Part shown: positions 23,636 through 36,395 of the stretch, piece by piece
Layout: each line of letters starts with the position of its first letter
Position numbering within the stretch: the first letter of the stretch is position 1
Assembly: GCA_002256025.1 (NCBI GenBank)
Contig: NKIB01005148.1
Coordinates: 62,001 to 126,000 of the forward strand
Direction of reading: 5' to 3'
Length of the DNA: 64,000 nt
Origin: Asterionella formosa
Lineage: Eukaryota
Notes under the pieces: generated by a model
Told to the model about the DNA's origin: nothing
The model's input: the letters and a program-made list of their open reading frames with translations, nothing else
Databases searched by the model: none
Translations under genes and position numbers: made by a program

Positions 23636-25219
23636 CTAATACCAGAAACAGACGAGAGGGACAATGCAAGACTGAAAAGACAACTCGGTCGCCTCAACCC
23701 ATCCTATGTCTCGAATCACAGCGAGAGTGTGTGGCTGCTCGCTGCCGGTCGATCCCCTACCACACTTTCTAATCGCGGTGGCATCGGCTTTCTTCAATTT
23801 TACCACGGCCTTTATAGCTGCCGACTTGGTTGGATCCATTAAGAAATGCGGATTTGCTTCCCGATCGACGACTTGGCCCATAGATCGCAACTTCCCAGTA
23901 TTTTTTGCAATCCCTCGAGCAGCGGCGCGGCTCTCCAAGAACACCAAGTATCGACAGGTTTGAATCAAGTTGCCAGTCGTATCGGTTGCATCTTGAACCG
24001 CTTGCCCTGCCGCTTCGCCATATTTGTATCCAACTACGTCGGCCGTCACTTCTCCGGCCTTTTGAGCCACCTCCTTTGTCGTGTCAAAGATAGCTTCGCC
24101 TAAGATCGCTGCAGCTCCTAGACCAGCCAGTCCCAAAGTTCCAGCTGCTTCAATTATTTCCCGACAGCCTTTGTGCGGTACAAGTCGTTCACCAAATTGC
24201 TCCTCCTGAAACCGTTTCGCTGCCGTCACAATACATCGCGTCGACACGTCCTTAATACCATGAACTGTCATTCGTGCTGTCTCACGCATACTAGCCGACG
24301 CTCGTTTGGCAGTACTCGTGTAAGTTAGTGTAACAACTCCTGCCTTGGTCGTCATGGGGGGCTGTGGAACGATTCTTTTCTTGACCTGTTCGCCCATGCT
24401 ATCGAGGCCCCGGCCAATGACAGGAACCGATCCAGTGAGAAGGTGGGCAATGGATTGAGCAGTGCCAAACAATCCCTGGGCGACAGATTTACTCCGTGAG
24501 ACGGCACATGTAACATGACAGCATTTGGCGTATATTTCACAGAGCAAAATGTGATCGGGAAGGGGACACTCTGAATATGGGACCGTTAAGAAGGCGAAAG
24601 AAGCAAAGAGCGTCGATTCTGGTAACGGCATATCCTCAGGTAGTTGACTAGACAAAAGTATTCTCATACACGCCAGCTTTGCGTGCAATGTTGATAGGTC
24701 TCTATCCATAAAGTAAAGCGCCAAAGTCTCCAAACTGGCGTCTCGAGCTGCTGTTTCCTCTGTGGACAAGTGTCGACAATTATTCCACAGAGGTAGGAGG
24801 CACGCCACCGACAGCAAAATGTATTTCGGAACGCCAGCTCGATGCAGAGAGCGAATTCTACGCAATGATCCTTTGTCGCCATTGATCTGTCCCAGCTCCT
24901 TTGCTATCAGCTTCCATCCTTGGCCACTGCGACGAGAAGGAGCATTTCTTGTTGTCAATGACATTCCTGAATACTGTAAATACAGCGGAAGCCTCGTTCT
25001 GGTTGCCATGCTGTTATCCGCTTCCTCGCTGTTATTTTCAATCAGCGTAAGTGTGCCGTCACACCTCCCTTCAATAGCCATACTGGCGACGATCACCTTC
25101 CGCTGCTTGCGAACAACACACCAATACCGAACTATCTGTGGGCCATCATGTCGATGATGAACGGAAATCGAAATACAGGGATGTCCTTTGACATAAAGAA
25201 TATGTAAGTCCAGTTCCAT
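23636..25219 (-). CDS. Senescence/spartin-associated domain protein
   Basis: 527-aa ORF. The C-terminal Gly/Ala-rich amphipathic region with TADVVGYKYGEAAGQAVQD matches the senescence-domain signature. Confidence 0.8.
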   Translation of the reverse strand: MELDLHILYVKGHPCISISVHHRHDGPQIVRYWCVVRKQRKVIVASMAIEGRCDGTLTLIENNSEEADNSMATRTRLPLYLQYSGMSLTTRNAPSRRSGQGWKLIAKELGQINGDKGSLRRIRSLHRAGVPKYILLSVACLLPLWNNCRHLSTEETAARDASLETLALYFMDRDLSTLHAKLACMRILLSSQLPEDMPLPESTLFASFAFLTVPYSECPLPDHILLCEIYAKCCHVTCAVSRSKSVAQGLFGTAQSIAHLLTGSVPVIGRGLDSMGEQVKKRIVPQPPMTTKAGVVTLTYTSTAKRASASMRETARMTVHGIKDVSTRCIVTAAKRFQEEQFGERLVPHKGCREIIEAAGTLGLAGLGAAAILGEAIFDTTKEVAQKAGEVTADVVGYKYGEAAGQAVQDATDTTGNLIQTCRYLVFLESRAAARGIAKNTGKLRSMGQVVDREANPHFLMDPTKSAAIKAVVKLKKADATAIRKCGRGSTGSEQPHTLAVIRDIGWVEATELSFQSCIVPLVCFWY

Positions 25220-25687
25220 TAAATAAATTAATAGCTACGTATGTGATGAATCCTGCTACTGTATGTAATCTGGATGGCAGCTACACGACCCATCAGCCAG
25301 CCAGGACGAGGAAACCTGGTACTTTACTACTGGTACGGAGTCCTGTACGTAAGAATCGTTATTGCCCATAACATTCTGGGTGCGGGTTCGGTTTCATCAC
25401 GCCAGCAGGGGTGGCAAACTAAGCTCGGCATGAGGTATCGGCTGGCGTTTGCGAAATCTATTTATGTATCTTACCTGTATCATGTACATAGTGCATCAGT
25501 GGAGGTGCGGTGCTAAATGTTCTGAGGATTGCTGCCACAGAATACCGGTATACCTACCGGTACTCCATCATTTCCAGGAGGCCGATATGAAAGAGAATAC
25601 TGTACCGGTATAATAGAGATAAACTTTTGTCCCTTTGGCCATCAATCTCTCCTCTGAGGGCGATGCGTTGTTGTTTCCGGCGACGAG

Positions 25688-27351
25688 ATGCTATCTGAGT
25701 TGACCAGTACCAAGACACATGTGCAGCAGTTAACGACCGCCGTTCTCTTCTTCGGCTCGTGTGCCTGGTTCGCGCTGCGTCAACGGAGACGGCGGTCACC
25801 CTCATCACGAAAGAAGGTTACTTTTCGCATTCCATTGACCTCTGTGGACCTGTCGAAGGAAGATGTCATGGAGCTGAGGCAGAAGAGGTTTGCTACGAGC
25901 GTCAGTGTATCCTATAGCAATTCTGGTGGCGTAATGATGGTCGGGGTACGTTGTTGCCCGCACAGGCAATGGGAACACGCGGATGACATTATTCTATGCG
26001 ACTCAACTCGAATCACTCACTCCACATTCTTTCAATTCTATGGCAGGGAAAAGGGTCGAGGTTATTCGACGAAAAAGGAAATTCGTACTTGGATACAAGG
26101 AATAATGTTGCTCACTGCGGACATGGGCATGCTCGGGTAGTCCGAGCTGTACAGCAGCAAGTGGCCAAAATCAACACCAATACTCGCTATCTTCACCCCT
26201 CAGTTGCACTACTAGCGGATCGACTGGTTCAAAAGCTTCCCCACCCTCTTGAAGTGGTCTTTTTTGTCAATTCCGGGTCTGAAGCCAACGATCTGGCTTT
26301 ACGATTGGCACGAGCCCATACTCGCTCAAAGAACACCATTGTCATTCAAGGTGCTTATCATGGTCACACCATCGCTTGCTTGGAAGTGAGTCCCTATAAA
26401 TACACGCCTGGAACGGAATTGGCACTCGAACTACCTACTTCGGGAGCCACTATCAGAACACCTGGTGCACACATATGGGAAGTTCCTTGTCCTGACATTT
26501 ATCGAGGGCCACACCGAGATGCCACGACGGCAGGAGCCATGTATGCCAACTATGTCCAAGATGCGTGCCATGTATATGCAGAGAAGCGAGGAGAAAAAGT
26601 GGGGGCATTTTTGGTCGAAGGAGGCATGAGTGTGGCAGGTGTCATTTTACCCCCGGCAGGGTATCTTGCAAAAAGTGTCGCAGCGGTTCGCCAAGCGGGA
26701 GGGGTGTACATTGCAGATGAAGTTCAAACTGGGTTTGGTCGACTGGGAACATGCTTTTGGGCATTTCAATATCATGCGAGCAGGGGTGATCATGTTGTGG
26801 TACCAGATATTGTCACTGTTGGTAAACCGTTTGGAAATGGGATGCCACTGGCTGCAGTAGTCTGTACAAGAGATATTGCAAATAGCTTTGACGCCATGGG
26901 AATTGAGTATTTTAACACGTTCGGAGGGAATCCTGTCTGTGCTGCCGCTGGTCTTGCTGTCTTGGACGCTATTGAATCCGACCGGCTGCAGGATAATGCA
27001 GACGAGGTTGGATACTACTTGAAGGCAAGATTCTTGCAGCTCCAGAAGGAGTTGGAAATTATTGGAGATATCCGAGGTTCTGGCTTATTTATTGGGATTG
27101 AACTTGTCCGCAATAGAGCGACTCTTGAACCTGCAGCTGCCGAAACATCATTTATTTGCACTGTGCTGAAGGAAAAGCACTTTATCTTGACAAGCATCGA
27201 CGGCCTGCACGACAACGTATTGGTTGTCAAGCCGCCTATGGTCTTTAGTAAAGCTGATGCCGATAAGTTTGTAAGTTGCTTCGAGAGGGTAATTCGACAT
27301 GACTTGCCTGCAGCCAATGGGGTACACAACATGAAAAAGACGCCAACATGA
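25688..27351 (+). CDS. Class III PLP aminotransferase of the AGXT2L (ETNPPL/PHYKPL phospho-lyase) type, 2 exons (intron 25946..26046)
   Basis: [72 protein letters not shown] (PLP lysine), [11 protein letters not shown]. Confidence 0.92.
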
Positions 27352-28276
27352 ACGGTAATGTTGCCTGAAGTATGCTTCGCTTCCTGATTGCAATTCTGTG
27401 GTTCGCTCAAACCAACAGTTCTTTGGCTTGAAGCTAGGGATGGTTCAAGACGACGCAAAAGTTGGGCATTACTGCGCTGGAAATTGTATTGCCTTCACAA
27501 TTGCCTATACCATCTCCTACATTCAATTTTGAAAGTTTCATCAGCTAACTTGGTCTAAATATGGACTCAGAATCTTCTCAAATTGCTCGACAACGAGAAT
27601 TTGTATTTACTAGAGAATCACAATGGGAAGATGCATAAAAAGAACACTCACCCGCAATAAAAAGTGAATCATGTATTATAGACTGCATACCGGTCGGTAT
27701 TACCTTGTGACAAGTCATGATTGAAAACATGTATGCAAAATCGATATTCCGTAGTACATTACGGGTATTCATCCTCGCTCAACAAGCAACATCAATTGCT
27801 TGATGGCTGCCAATAATCATTTCGACTTGTCCATAGTACGTGCGTTCTACCTGGTACCGTTCTGCTGATGCCCGTTGTATTTTATGTTGTCTTTAAGACA
27901 CCAAGAAGCAAAAAGGTTTCTTTGCTCGTTACCAGAATTCGTCAGTGGCTCCTGAACAAGTAATTGATTGACAAAGATTCACCACGTACGCGAATTGAAA
28001 CTTTCTGTCTACACAATAAGTATACGAAGGCACAGTGGAATATTGGGAGGTCACTTTGCGAAATCCATGCGCGCAACGCCAACGACCTCTCGACTCTCAC
28101 GTAATAAAAGCTAGTGCATCACTTTATATATTATGAACACAAGCAAGCCGCTTTTCAAGATCGCGATGTTGATGTGAAAACCAACCAACGAAACTCCGAG
28201 TAATATATGCAAACATTTATCATACCCCCAGTACCGGTAGTTGCTTGTGGTAATAGCCATATCCCTTGTGGTCATT

Positions 28277-29189
28277 ATGCGTATCCTCTCTGTTGCTACT
28301 CTCTGCTGGGCCACCGCGACCTCTGCCTTTACTCCAGTTGCTTTCACCCCCCGAACGCTTTCTCGCACTATCCTTAACATGGCGACTCAAGATGAACTGA
28401 AGAAGCAAGTTGGTTACAAGGCGGTGGATGACTACGTCAAGTCTGGTATGGTGGTCGGCCTCGGGACTGGCTCCACGGCCTACTTTGCCGTCGAGCGTGT
28501 GGGAATGAAGCTCGCATCTGGAGAGCTCACTGACATTGTTTGCATCCCCACTTCCGTTCGCACCAAGGAGCAGGCTGAATCTCTCGGCATTCCACTAGTC
28601 ACTCTGGACACTCACTCCAGACTTGACGTTGCCATTGACGGTGCCGACGAAGTCGACCCTGATCTCAATTTGGTCAAGGGGGGCGGAGGAGCGCTTCTCC
28701 GAGAAAAAATGGTTGAAATTGTGTCTGACAAGTTTATCGTTATTGGTACGTCTACCGGTAGTGAGGTGTTGTAATATTGATAAGTCGATTTTGTGTTTCT
28801 AGAATCTCACATCACGAAACGTTGCAGTGGACTCGTCCAAGCTGACCGATGCTCTTGGACCTGGGTTCCCAATTCCTGTGGAAATTACACCTTTTTGCCA
28901 CGAACACACCATGCGTACAGTGGCAGCCCTGCCCTCGTGTGAGGGATGCAAACCAGTCCTTCGCATGGGATCCAGTTCTAGCAATGTCAATGATGGTGAC
29001 AACATTGCCGTTACAGACAATGGAAATTACATTGTGGATCTTCATTTCGAATCCGGAATCAAGGATGCTCGCAAAATGGCTGCGGACATCAAGAATGTTT
29101 GTGGTGTCGTCGATCATGGCCTTTTCTGTGGAATGACAACCGCTGTTATCATTGCTGGAGCAGATGGCATTTCTGTCAAGGAGCCTTAG
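28277..29189 (+). CDS. rpiA: Plastid ribose-5-phosphate isomerase A, 2 exons (intron 28746..28827)
   Basis: TSA-FTP targeting motif; GLGTGSTA, DVAIDGADEVD, KGGGGALLREKMV, IPVEI, TDNGNYIVD, GVVDHGLF. Confidence 0.96.
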
Positions 29190-30163
29190 CTATACATTAA
29201 TACTAGATCTTTAATCTTCTATTTATCACTGATGCTAGACTACAACATGTGACAAGAAGGATGGCTTTTGATTTTTTCTAGAATCAGAGTTTTGAACAAA
29301 AATATTAGCAGCGGGAAGTGCATCGCCATTAGCCATCTAGAATGGATAGGAGGCGAGTTGAGATTGCCTTATTTTTGAATTTTGAGAAGACAGGAGTTCC
29401 AGAGAAAGTATGTAGTTTACAGTTTTTCAAAGATTGCCTTTATCAAAAGGCATATGATGGGACAAGGAACTACTGGTAGTGGTTGGATCAAAATCCGAGA
29501 CAACACTTGAATCATCCATGAGTGACATAAACGACCCTTGATGCTCAGTGTGCCATCTCAACGCAAAAAAATAAAGCGACAAAATTGCTGGTAGACTTCA
29601 GGATTCCATGGATATGATACCGGTAGTACGCCTGATACTTGTACCAGGTACCTGCTACTACCTACCGTAATACAATACCAGGTACTGGCGGGTATGCTGA
29701 TCACATCTATAAAAGTGGTGAGGACATTATCATGGCGGACTGTGACGCTAGTCCGCAAACCCCTGTACTTACATACCAGTACATATGTAGTAGACTACCG
29801 GGTACTGGGTATTCTTGTTTAGTGTGACACGTTCGTTCGTTCGTTCGTTTTTTCTCAACATCATTCTGGTGGTCAGAATTATTTATTCCTGGTTTGCTTT
29901 CAATGTTCCATGCGACATTGATTGTTCTCATTTCGTTGAGGAACGAACTCATCATCAGCAGGTCCTCATACTATTACAGTCATCGTCTGTTTAAGGTCTA
30001 AATCTCCTCGAAAGCCCACCGACAAGCTGGGATTCCAGGCACAGGTATTTTCATTTGCCTGGGGCGGACTTGGACTCTTTGACTCCACCGTACCTGGTAC
30101 CGTGCCTTGAAAGAAGGTACACAGCAGCAGTACTTGGCAGTTTGGCTACTTACCCACATCAGA

Positions 30164-32398
30164 ATGACAGATTCAAGAGTCGTGCAATTCCTGTACCTGC
30201 TTCTTTTGTGTTGGTTGCAGCGAAATGACGCATTTTCATCGCTAGCGCCACTAAAGCCACAACAAAGACAACTGCATCATCGACTCAACAACATGGTACA
30301 ACGTCAAACAACCACTGTATCCAGAACGGAACTCGACTACCAAACATACGAAGAACAAGAACGGAAGGACATGAAACTCTTAATCAAGACAACAGCCCAA
30401 TTAATTGGGAGCGAAGCGTTACCTGTTGGATCCTTGCACAAAAACATGTTTGCCAAAACATACCTTGCCATGCGAACATGGGCGCAACGGAGTGCTAGGC
30501 CAAACTCAAAGGCACCCCATGTTGTGGAACAACTATTGCAACGATTGGTACAAGAGCGAGACTCGGGAAATGAACACGCATTGATCAATACACAACTATA
30601 CAATGTCGTTTTGGACAGTTGGAGTAAAAGTGGGGAGGATGGGGCAGCTAACAGGGCGGAAGAGATTTTGTGTTCCATGGAGACCATGTACGCCAATGGT
30701 GACACGGGTGTGAGGCCGAATCGAGCGTCATTCAATAGTGTGATTAAAGCTTTTGTTAAGGCGGGAGACAAACATTATGCGGTCTCCAAGGCCGAGGCCA
30801 TTATTGGCCGCATGACGATGCTAAGTCAGACGGACGACGGATACTTGCCACCGAATAGACGTGGGTACAACCTTCTCTTGTATGCGTTGGCTAATAGTGA
30901 TCTAGTTGATGCCGGAGAACGCGCCGAGGCAATATTGCAACAAATGAGTACGACAGCATCGGTTGACAAAAAGGCCAGGCCCGACATTAACTCATATAAC
31001 CTCGTCATAAAGATCTGGGCAAAGGGTGACCGAATTGGCTTTGAGCGTCGAGCTCAAGACCTGTTCGAACAAATCATGGCACTTCCACCTTCATCAGGGG
31101 TAAAGCCTAATTTCGAAACATTTAACTTTATATTAGGGTGCTGGAGCAAGTCAAACAGCCCCGAAGCACTTGGAAAAACTATGGAACTACTGTCACTTTG
31201 TGAACAAGCCTTCAATAATGGAAACAGTGAAGCAAAGCCAGATTGTGTTACTATCAACACTGTTATTGCAACACTCACACGAAATCCTAAAGAGGGATCA
31301 CTTGAACGTGCCACTGAGTTACAAAAAGAAATGGAACAAAAATACCAAATCAAATTAGATACCATCAGCAACAACATATTGATGGATGGTTGGTCAAAGA
31401 GCGGACGACCAGATGCCACTGACGTTGTCAATGGCATGCTGACTCGAATGGAGGTTCAATTTCGCGAGGGAACGAAGAACCTCAAACCTGATCGGTACTC
31501 CTACACATCCGCGATGGATGCATTTGTTCGAAGCAAAAGGACTGATGCCGGAGAACAGTGTTCTGAAATCATGCGAAGGATGAAGGAACTCCATATCAAC
31601 CATGGCGGTGATGCTCCTACTGTTGAGAATTACAATTCACTCGTGAATGCATGGGCTAACACGCGAACCAAAGTTGGGGCCGACATGGCACTCAAAATTC
31701 TTACCGAAATGGAAGAAACTTCCACTGTACCGAACCCAGATCGAGTCACTTTTAATAGCGTGTTGAAAGCTCTCCGTAATGGGGCCAGTGAACATGCGAT
31801 TAGAGCCGAAGAATTACTTGTTCACCTGGAGGAACTGGGTCGAGATAACACGTCATTGGCTCCTGACGCGTTTAGCTATTCCACCGTTATCAACACACTC
31901 GGACGATGCAATATTATTAACGACAAGGCAGAGCGGGTGTTGCGAATCTTGCAACGAATGATAATCAGTTACGAGGCGGGCAATTTGAACGCGAAACCCA
32001 ATCTGCATTGTTTCAATGCCGCATTGAATGCGTGCGCGTTCAATGGAGGAGATGGCACTGCTCGCATAAATGCATTTACCATAATGGTAGGTATCCTTGT
32101 CTTGTTGGCAAAATATGCTAGCGCAGATCATATGACTTATGGAACCATCTTGCGAGCTTGTTCAGCACTTTTGCACAAGGCTGATCCACGACGTGATGAG
32201 CTGGTGGAACGAGTGTTTGACAAGGCTCGACGAGAGGGTCAAGCAAGTCATTTGGTAGTGACTCAGCTTTATTTTGCTGCTTCACCTAGTCTCTATGAGC
32301 AATTGATGGGTCAACCGATAACTGAAAAACTCACCGTTAAGGACTTGCCATTGGAGTGGAGTGCACGTGTGTTTCAAAGGAAGGGGTCTCCCATGTGA
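30164..32398 (+). CDS. Pentatricopeptide-repeat protein, probably plastid-targeted
   Basis: Signal peptide plus NDA-FSS. Many diatom-type long PPR repeats (P[DN]..[ST][YF]N.V[IL].AW[AS]KS...A.RAE.IL..M). Confidence 0.9.
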   Translation: MTDSRVVQFLYLLLLCWLQRNDAFSSLAPLKPQQRQLHHRLNNMVQRQTTTVSRTELDYQTYEEQERKDMKLLIKTTAQLIGSEALPVGSLHKNMFAKTYLAMRTWAQRSARPNSKAPHVVEQLLQRLVQERDSGNEHALINTQLYNVVLDSWSKSGEDGAANRAEEILCSMETMYANGDTGVRPNRASFNSVIKAFVKAGDKHYAVSKAEAIIGRMTMLSQTDDGYLPPNRRGYNLLLYALANSDLVDAGERAEAILQQMSTTASVDKKARPDINSYNLVIKIWAKGDRIGFERRAQDLFEQIMALPPSSGVKPNFETFNFILGCWSKSNSPEALGKTMELLSLCEQAFNNGNSEAKPDCVTINTVIATLTRNPKEGSLERATELQKEMEQKYQIKLDTISNNILMDGWSKSGRPDATDVVNGMLTRMEVQFREGTKNLKPDRYSYTSAMDAFVRSKRTDAGEQCSEIMRRMKELHINHGGDAPTVENYNSLVNAWANTRTKVGADMALKILTEMEETSTVPNPDRVTFNSVLKALRNGASEHAIRAEELLVHLEELGRDNTSLAPDAFSYSTVINTLGRCNIINDKAERVLRILQRMIISYEAGNLNAKPNLHCFNAALNACAFNGGDGTARINAFTIMVGILVLLAKYASADHMTYGTILRACSALLHKADPRRDELVERVFDKARREGQASHLVVTQLYFAASPSLYEQLMGQPITEKLTVKDLPLEWSARVFQRKGSPM

Positions 32399-32900
32399 TA
32401 GCAAAGCGAGATATTTTCCTTTTGGAGACCAGGTGGGTAGTAAGCATGTGGGATATTCGGATACACTGCAATATATTGACTGCCATTTTATGCATTTGAT
32501 GATGACAATCAAAAACCTGCACAACATCAATCAATCTCCAATCGTATCTATACCCTCTAAAAAGATGAATGATGTTGCAACTGACACACAATCACTGATC
32601 TCGCAGTCACGAAATGAAGTCTGTTAGACATGTGATATCCTGGCTTGGAAGGTACATGAGCAATTTCTCCCATTTGAGACGTGAATTGCTCTAAAAGGAG
32701 GACCGATTTGTTGATTGTATATCCTTCCCTCCAACGTGGGTTGACAGATTGTCGAAAGGGACTGACAAAGGTTGAATGGCAACTCGTGTTACGATAAATT
32801 TTGACAAGAACAGGAGTATTACCAAGGAAGTTACTATGGGATTCGATATTATATTTTTATTGCGGCGACCATGGCTATGAAGTGACATAAGAATTCCCCT

Positions 32901-33722
32901 TCAATTGAAGTGAAAATAACAAAAGTAAATCACAATACAAGTCACAATAATCCCCGCAAAGACAAGATATGCATCCGTAATATCTCGTCGCTCAATAATT
33001 CTCAACGTCGAGTTGGTAAGCCCCAATCTCTTCCCCATATCCAATACTAGCCGCTTGACTCCTCGCATTCGTTGCCGTTGATCGACCAATCCAGTCAAGG
33101 CCCCCGCTCCCGTTGTAATCAGCTCGTCGACCATGACTGTACTTTGCCGCAAGGATTGTGCTTCATCTGCCAAATGATTTAAGTCTTGCTCTTCGTCATT
33201 GTGATTCCCATGTCGCTTTCGTCGTCGTGTCAGTAACTCATCACGTTCTCGCTGTTGCCTGACATTGGCATGGATCATTCGATCATACTGTTCTCCCTGT
33301 CGCCGAATCGAGCGGGCATCTTCCTGAAGCTCCAATATTTTCCGTTTCCACACCTCGCGTTGTCCTGGAGTTTCGCGATGCACCAATTGTTCCATGACGT
33401 TTAATTGCATAGTCAATTCGTCCAAACTCAAGTACAATTCAGAAACATACAAAACGCCGTTTTGTAGTTGTGCTAATTGCTGTCTTGCATCATATGCCAA
33501 TTTGCGGCACTTGGGGAAGAGCTGTTTTATAAGTATACCGGTAGAAGGAGTACGTATTAGAAGTGATGTTCAACAAGGCAACAAATTGTTCTTGTCCAAG
33601 AACAATGCATTTTGCAGTGGGTGCGATTTGAGTTTAGCCTTGTAGCACTTTATTTTTGCTTATCGTGGCGCTATCGAATCGATACTTCTCACATTAACAC
33701 GTACCTCCACAATCGAAGTCAT
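32901..33722 (-). CDS. GOSR2: Golgi Qb-SNARE membrin/Bos1, 2 exons (18-nt first coding exon; intron 33522..33704)
   Basis: MTSIVE|LFPKCRKLAYDARQQL...; SNARE motif LVDQRQRMRGVKRLVLDMGKRLGLTNSTLRIIERRDITD followed by a C-terminal TM anchor. GTACGT..CAG intron. Confidence 0.88.
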
Positions 33723-34308
33723 TGGTGTTCGAAGCAAACTACCTGGTACTGCTATCGGCACTCTGTTGTCACTCTATCGTTCTACTCGTGCGTTTTGGAG
33801 GACGCGAGCAACATCAACCAAAACACCAGAGGCAGCAGAGTACAGTGATAAAACATTGAGGAGCCCATCTGGTTCCTCAGAGGAAGGTCCGGTAATCGAG
33901 ATGTTTCGCTTTATCTTTGCTTAGGTACAAATCGTGTTTTACCGGACCTTCCGGCAGTCTCTTTTTTTCAGGCACCACTGTTGCAATCGGGAATGACAGT
34001 CACGAGTCCTAATTTTCACTCCTCAGTATTACGAAACCAAGCAATAGGAACAGTAGCAGTAACGGGTAGTCGTGTGACACACCTAAAACAGGAGTAGTAC
34101 CAGGTACCAGGTACCGGTATTTATTCTATTTGACCATTGTAGATTAACAAATCATGAGTAGACCATGTTGCAAAACGAATTCAATGCTATAGACACCAAG
34201 CGGCATTGCTAAACATATATATAGTAGAAGAATTAATACAAATCGAAATGGAACGTCGTAACACACATCTCGCGAAAGGTGAAATCTACACTTGGATCTC
34301 TTCATTCG

Positions 34309-36395
34309 TTACTGATTAGTTTTGCCCATGACATCGTCCGCTCTCCTTCCAACCAGATGAACCGCGATCACAGTACAATCATCAGGCATCCCCCCACTCC
34401 ACATAATATCATTCTCTTTTGCCAACATGGCAAATGGGGAATCCAAACTACTGTCCAAACTATTCTCCCGAGCCTTTTTACATAATTGCATGGCCAAATC
34501 TGGAATTGTTTCATTGGACAATTCTGTGAGAGAATTTCCCATGGCCCATCGCTTTTCACGAGCAACGATGTCTCCAGATCGGATAAATCCATTTTGCTGT
34601 TCCCATTCCAATGCAATGGAAGCAATTTCGTCTACTTCAACATTGTCAAACAATCCATCTGTTGCCATGATAACAATGTCACCTCGTCGTACATGCACTG
34701 AAGTGGTACAAGATTCGGCGGCGGATTTGAAGGAAACACTTTCACCAGCATCCAGCTCTCGTCCCGTCCAGCCGAGTTGATAGGGATGATTGAAAGACTT
34801 CAGCTGCTGCTGTGAAACAAAGGCAACTCGCAGATCAGACGTTCGCTCTGATCGTGGAATATCACGGTTTCGTTTCAACGCCCCAGCCACATCTGAATCA
34901 ATATGACGCAAGACGATGATACCTGAATCGCCCAAATTACTAAAATGCAACTGGTGTCGGACATTATCAAACAATGCAACACACGCCGTTGTTGATCCAA
35001 TGATATTGTCTTTCTTGACTCTATCATAGGCTTGTGATAACACTTGAGCTGGTGCAATCATACGACGAAACTTTTCCCCGTCCTTTCCGCAAGACGCTTC
35101 GGACAAAACATTTTCACATTCTTCCATGAGTTTGTGAGAAAAGAGACGTGGGTCAACACCAAATTCTCTCCAACTTCCCACACCATCGGCAACTCCAAAG
35201 TATGTGAATTCTCTAGGTGGCTTGTCGCTAGACTCGTCTGGAAGCTTAACTGTAGTGACAAAGTGTGCGTCTTCGGACCAGTCAGCATTTTCAGCAAAGT
35301 CTTGGGCTCCGTAGGCTGCACCCATGTACGCATGTATGCAAAAATGTTGAAATCAGTGAGAAAACAATAGTTTTTTTGCGTTGATCATTTATTTAGTTTG
35401 TTTGCTTGAGTTAGAAAGTGGAAACGTACCTCGTTGATTCATTCCCACTGTGTTTTCTCCTTTGAAAGGATGAGGTAATTCCGCCACTCCAATATTCGAA
35501 AACAACGGTGTTTGCTCTAGAGCCAAGTGCGCTTGCAGATACGGAGGAGGGTCTGCCATACTCGTATTACTACTCAGCCCCACTCGCTCCGATATGTCTC
35601 TGAGATAATTCTTTTTTCCACCCCGGTCTTTGGCTTCAAGTCCAAAATCAGCCATATCCCTCGCTGTGATCAATCCTTCCACTTTTCCCTTGTGAGACAA
35701 AATGGGAATGCATTTAATCCCTAATTTAGCCATAATGGTCCGACACATGCCAATGGTTTCTTCGGGTCTTGCATATATGACCTGCGAAATTGGTGTCATG
35801 AAGTCTCCCACTTTCTTGTTGAGGATCGCGCCGGGGTCTTCGCCCTCCTTGAGACCGGCTGCTATGATGCGCAGTAAGTCTCTCGACGTGGCGAGTCCCA
35901 CCACGTGTTTTTCCTTCTGAGTGTCCACCACCATCATCCCGGTCAAGCCCCCTTCAATGCATGTCGTGATGGCTTCCCTGATTGTGGTGGTTTCGCAAAT
36001 GAACGGATCAACCCAGCGAAGGGAGTGTTTGGCTCTCAATACCTCCTCAATAGGAACCTGCGTGTTGGTTGCTAGAGTGAGTGACGCTGCGGAGCGACGG
36101 CGCCGAACGAATGTCCCTCTATTGTACTTACTTCAGCGAGTCTTGTCCGTTTTTGTTCTTCTTTGACGATTTCATCCTTGGTGCTAACGAAAAGCTTTGG
36201 CTTGGACGTCCGACTCAGGCCTCGATCCTCTTCCACTTGCTCGACGGACGAAAAGGACCGAGAGCCCCACAAGTGGTGTGCTCTTCGAATACTCAAACTC
36301 ATCTTCAACCTGTCTACTGTAGTTGTTGGCTTCACGAGGTAATTCAGCATCAGTTGCGGCCTCATCTTGAGCAAAGTAGCAGCTGCTGCAGTCAT
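34309..36395 (-). CDS. CBS-pair plus PP2C (PTC7-like) protein phosphatase fusion, 3 exons (introns 36058..36131, 35316..35429)
   Basis: Arg/Ser-rich presequence (...IRRAHHLWGSRSFSS). CBS motifs VVGLATSRDLL and VEGLITARDMA. PTC7 motifs LPHPFK, EDAHFV, GVADGVGSW, GSTTAC, NLGDSG, QLKSFNHPYQL, MATDGLFDN, GGMPDDCTV. Both GT-AG introns preserve frame. Confidence 0.88.
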
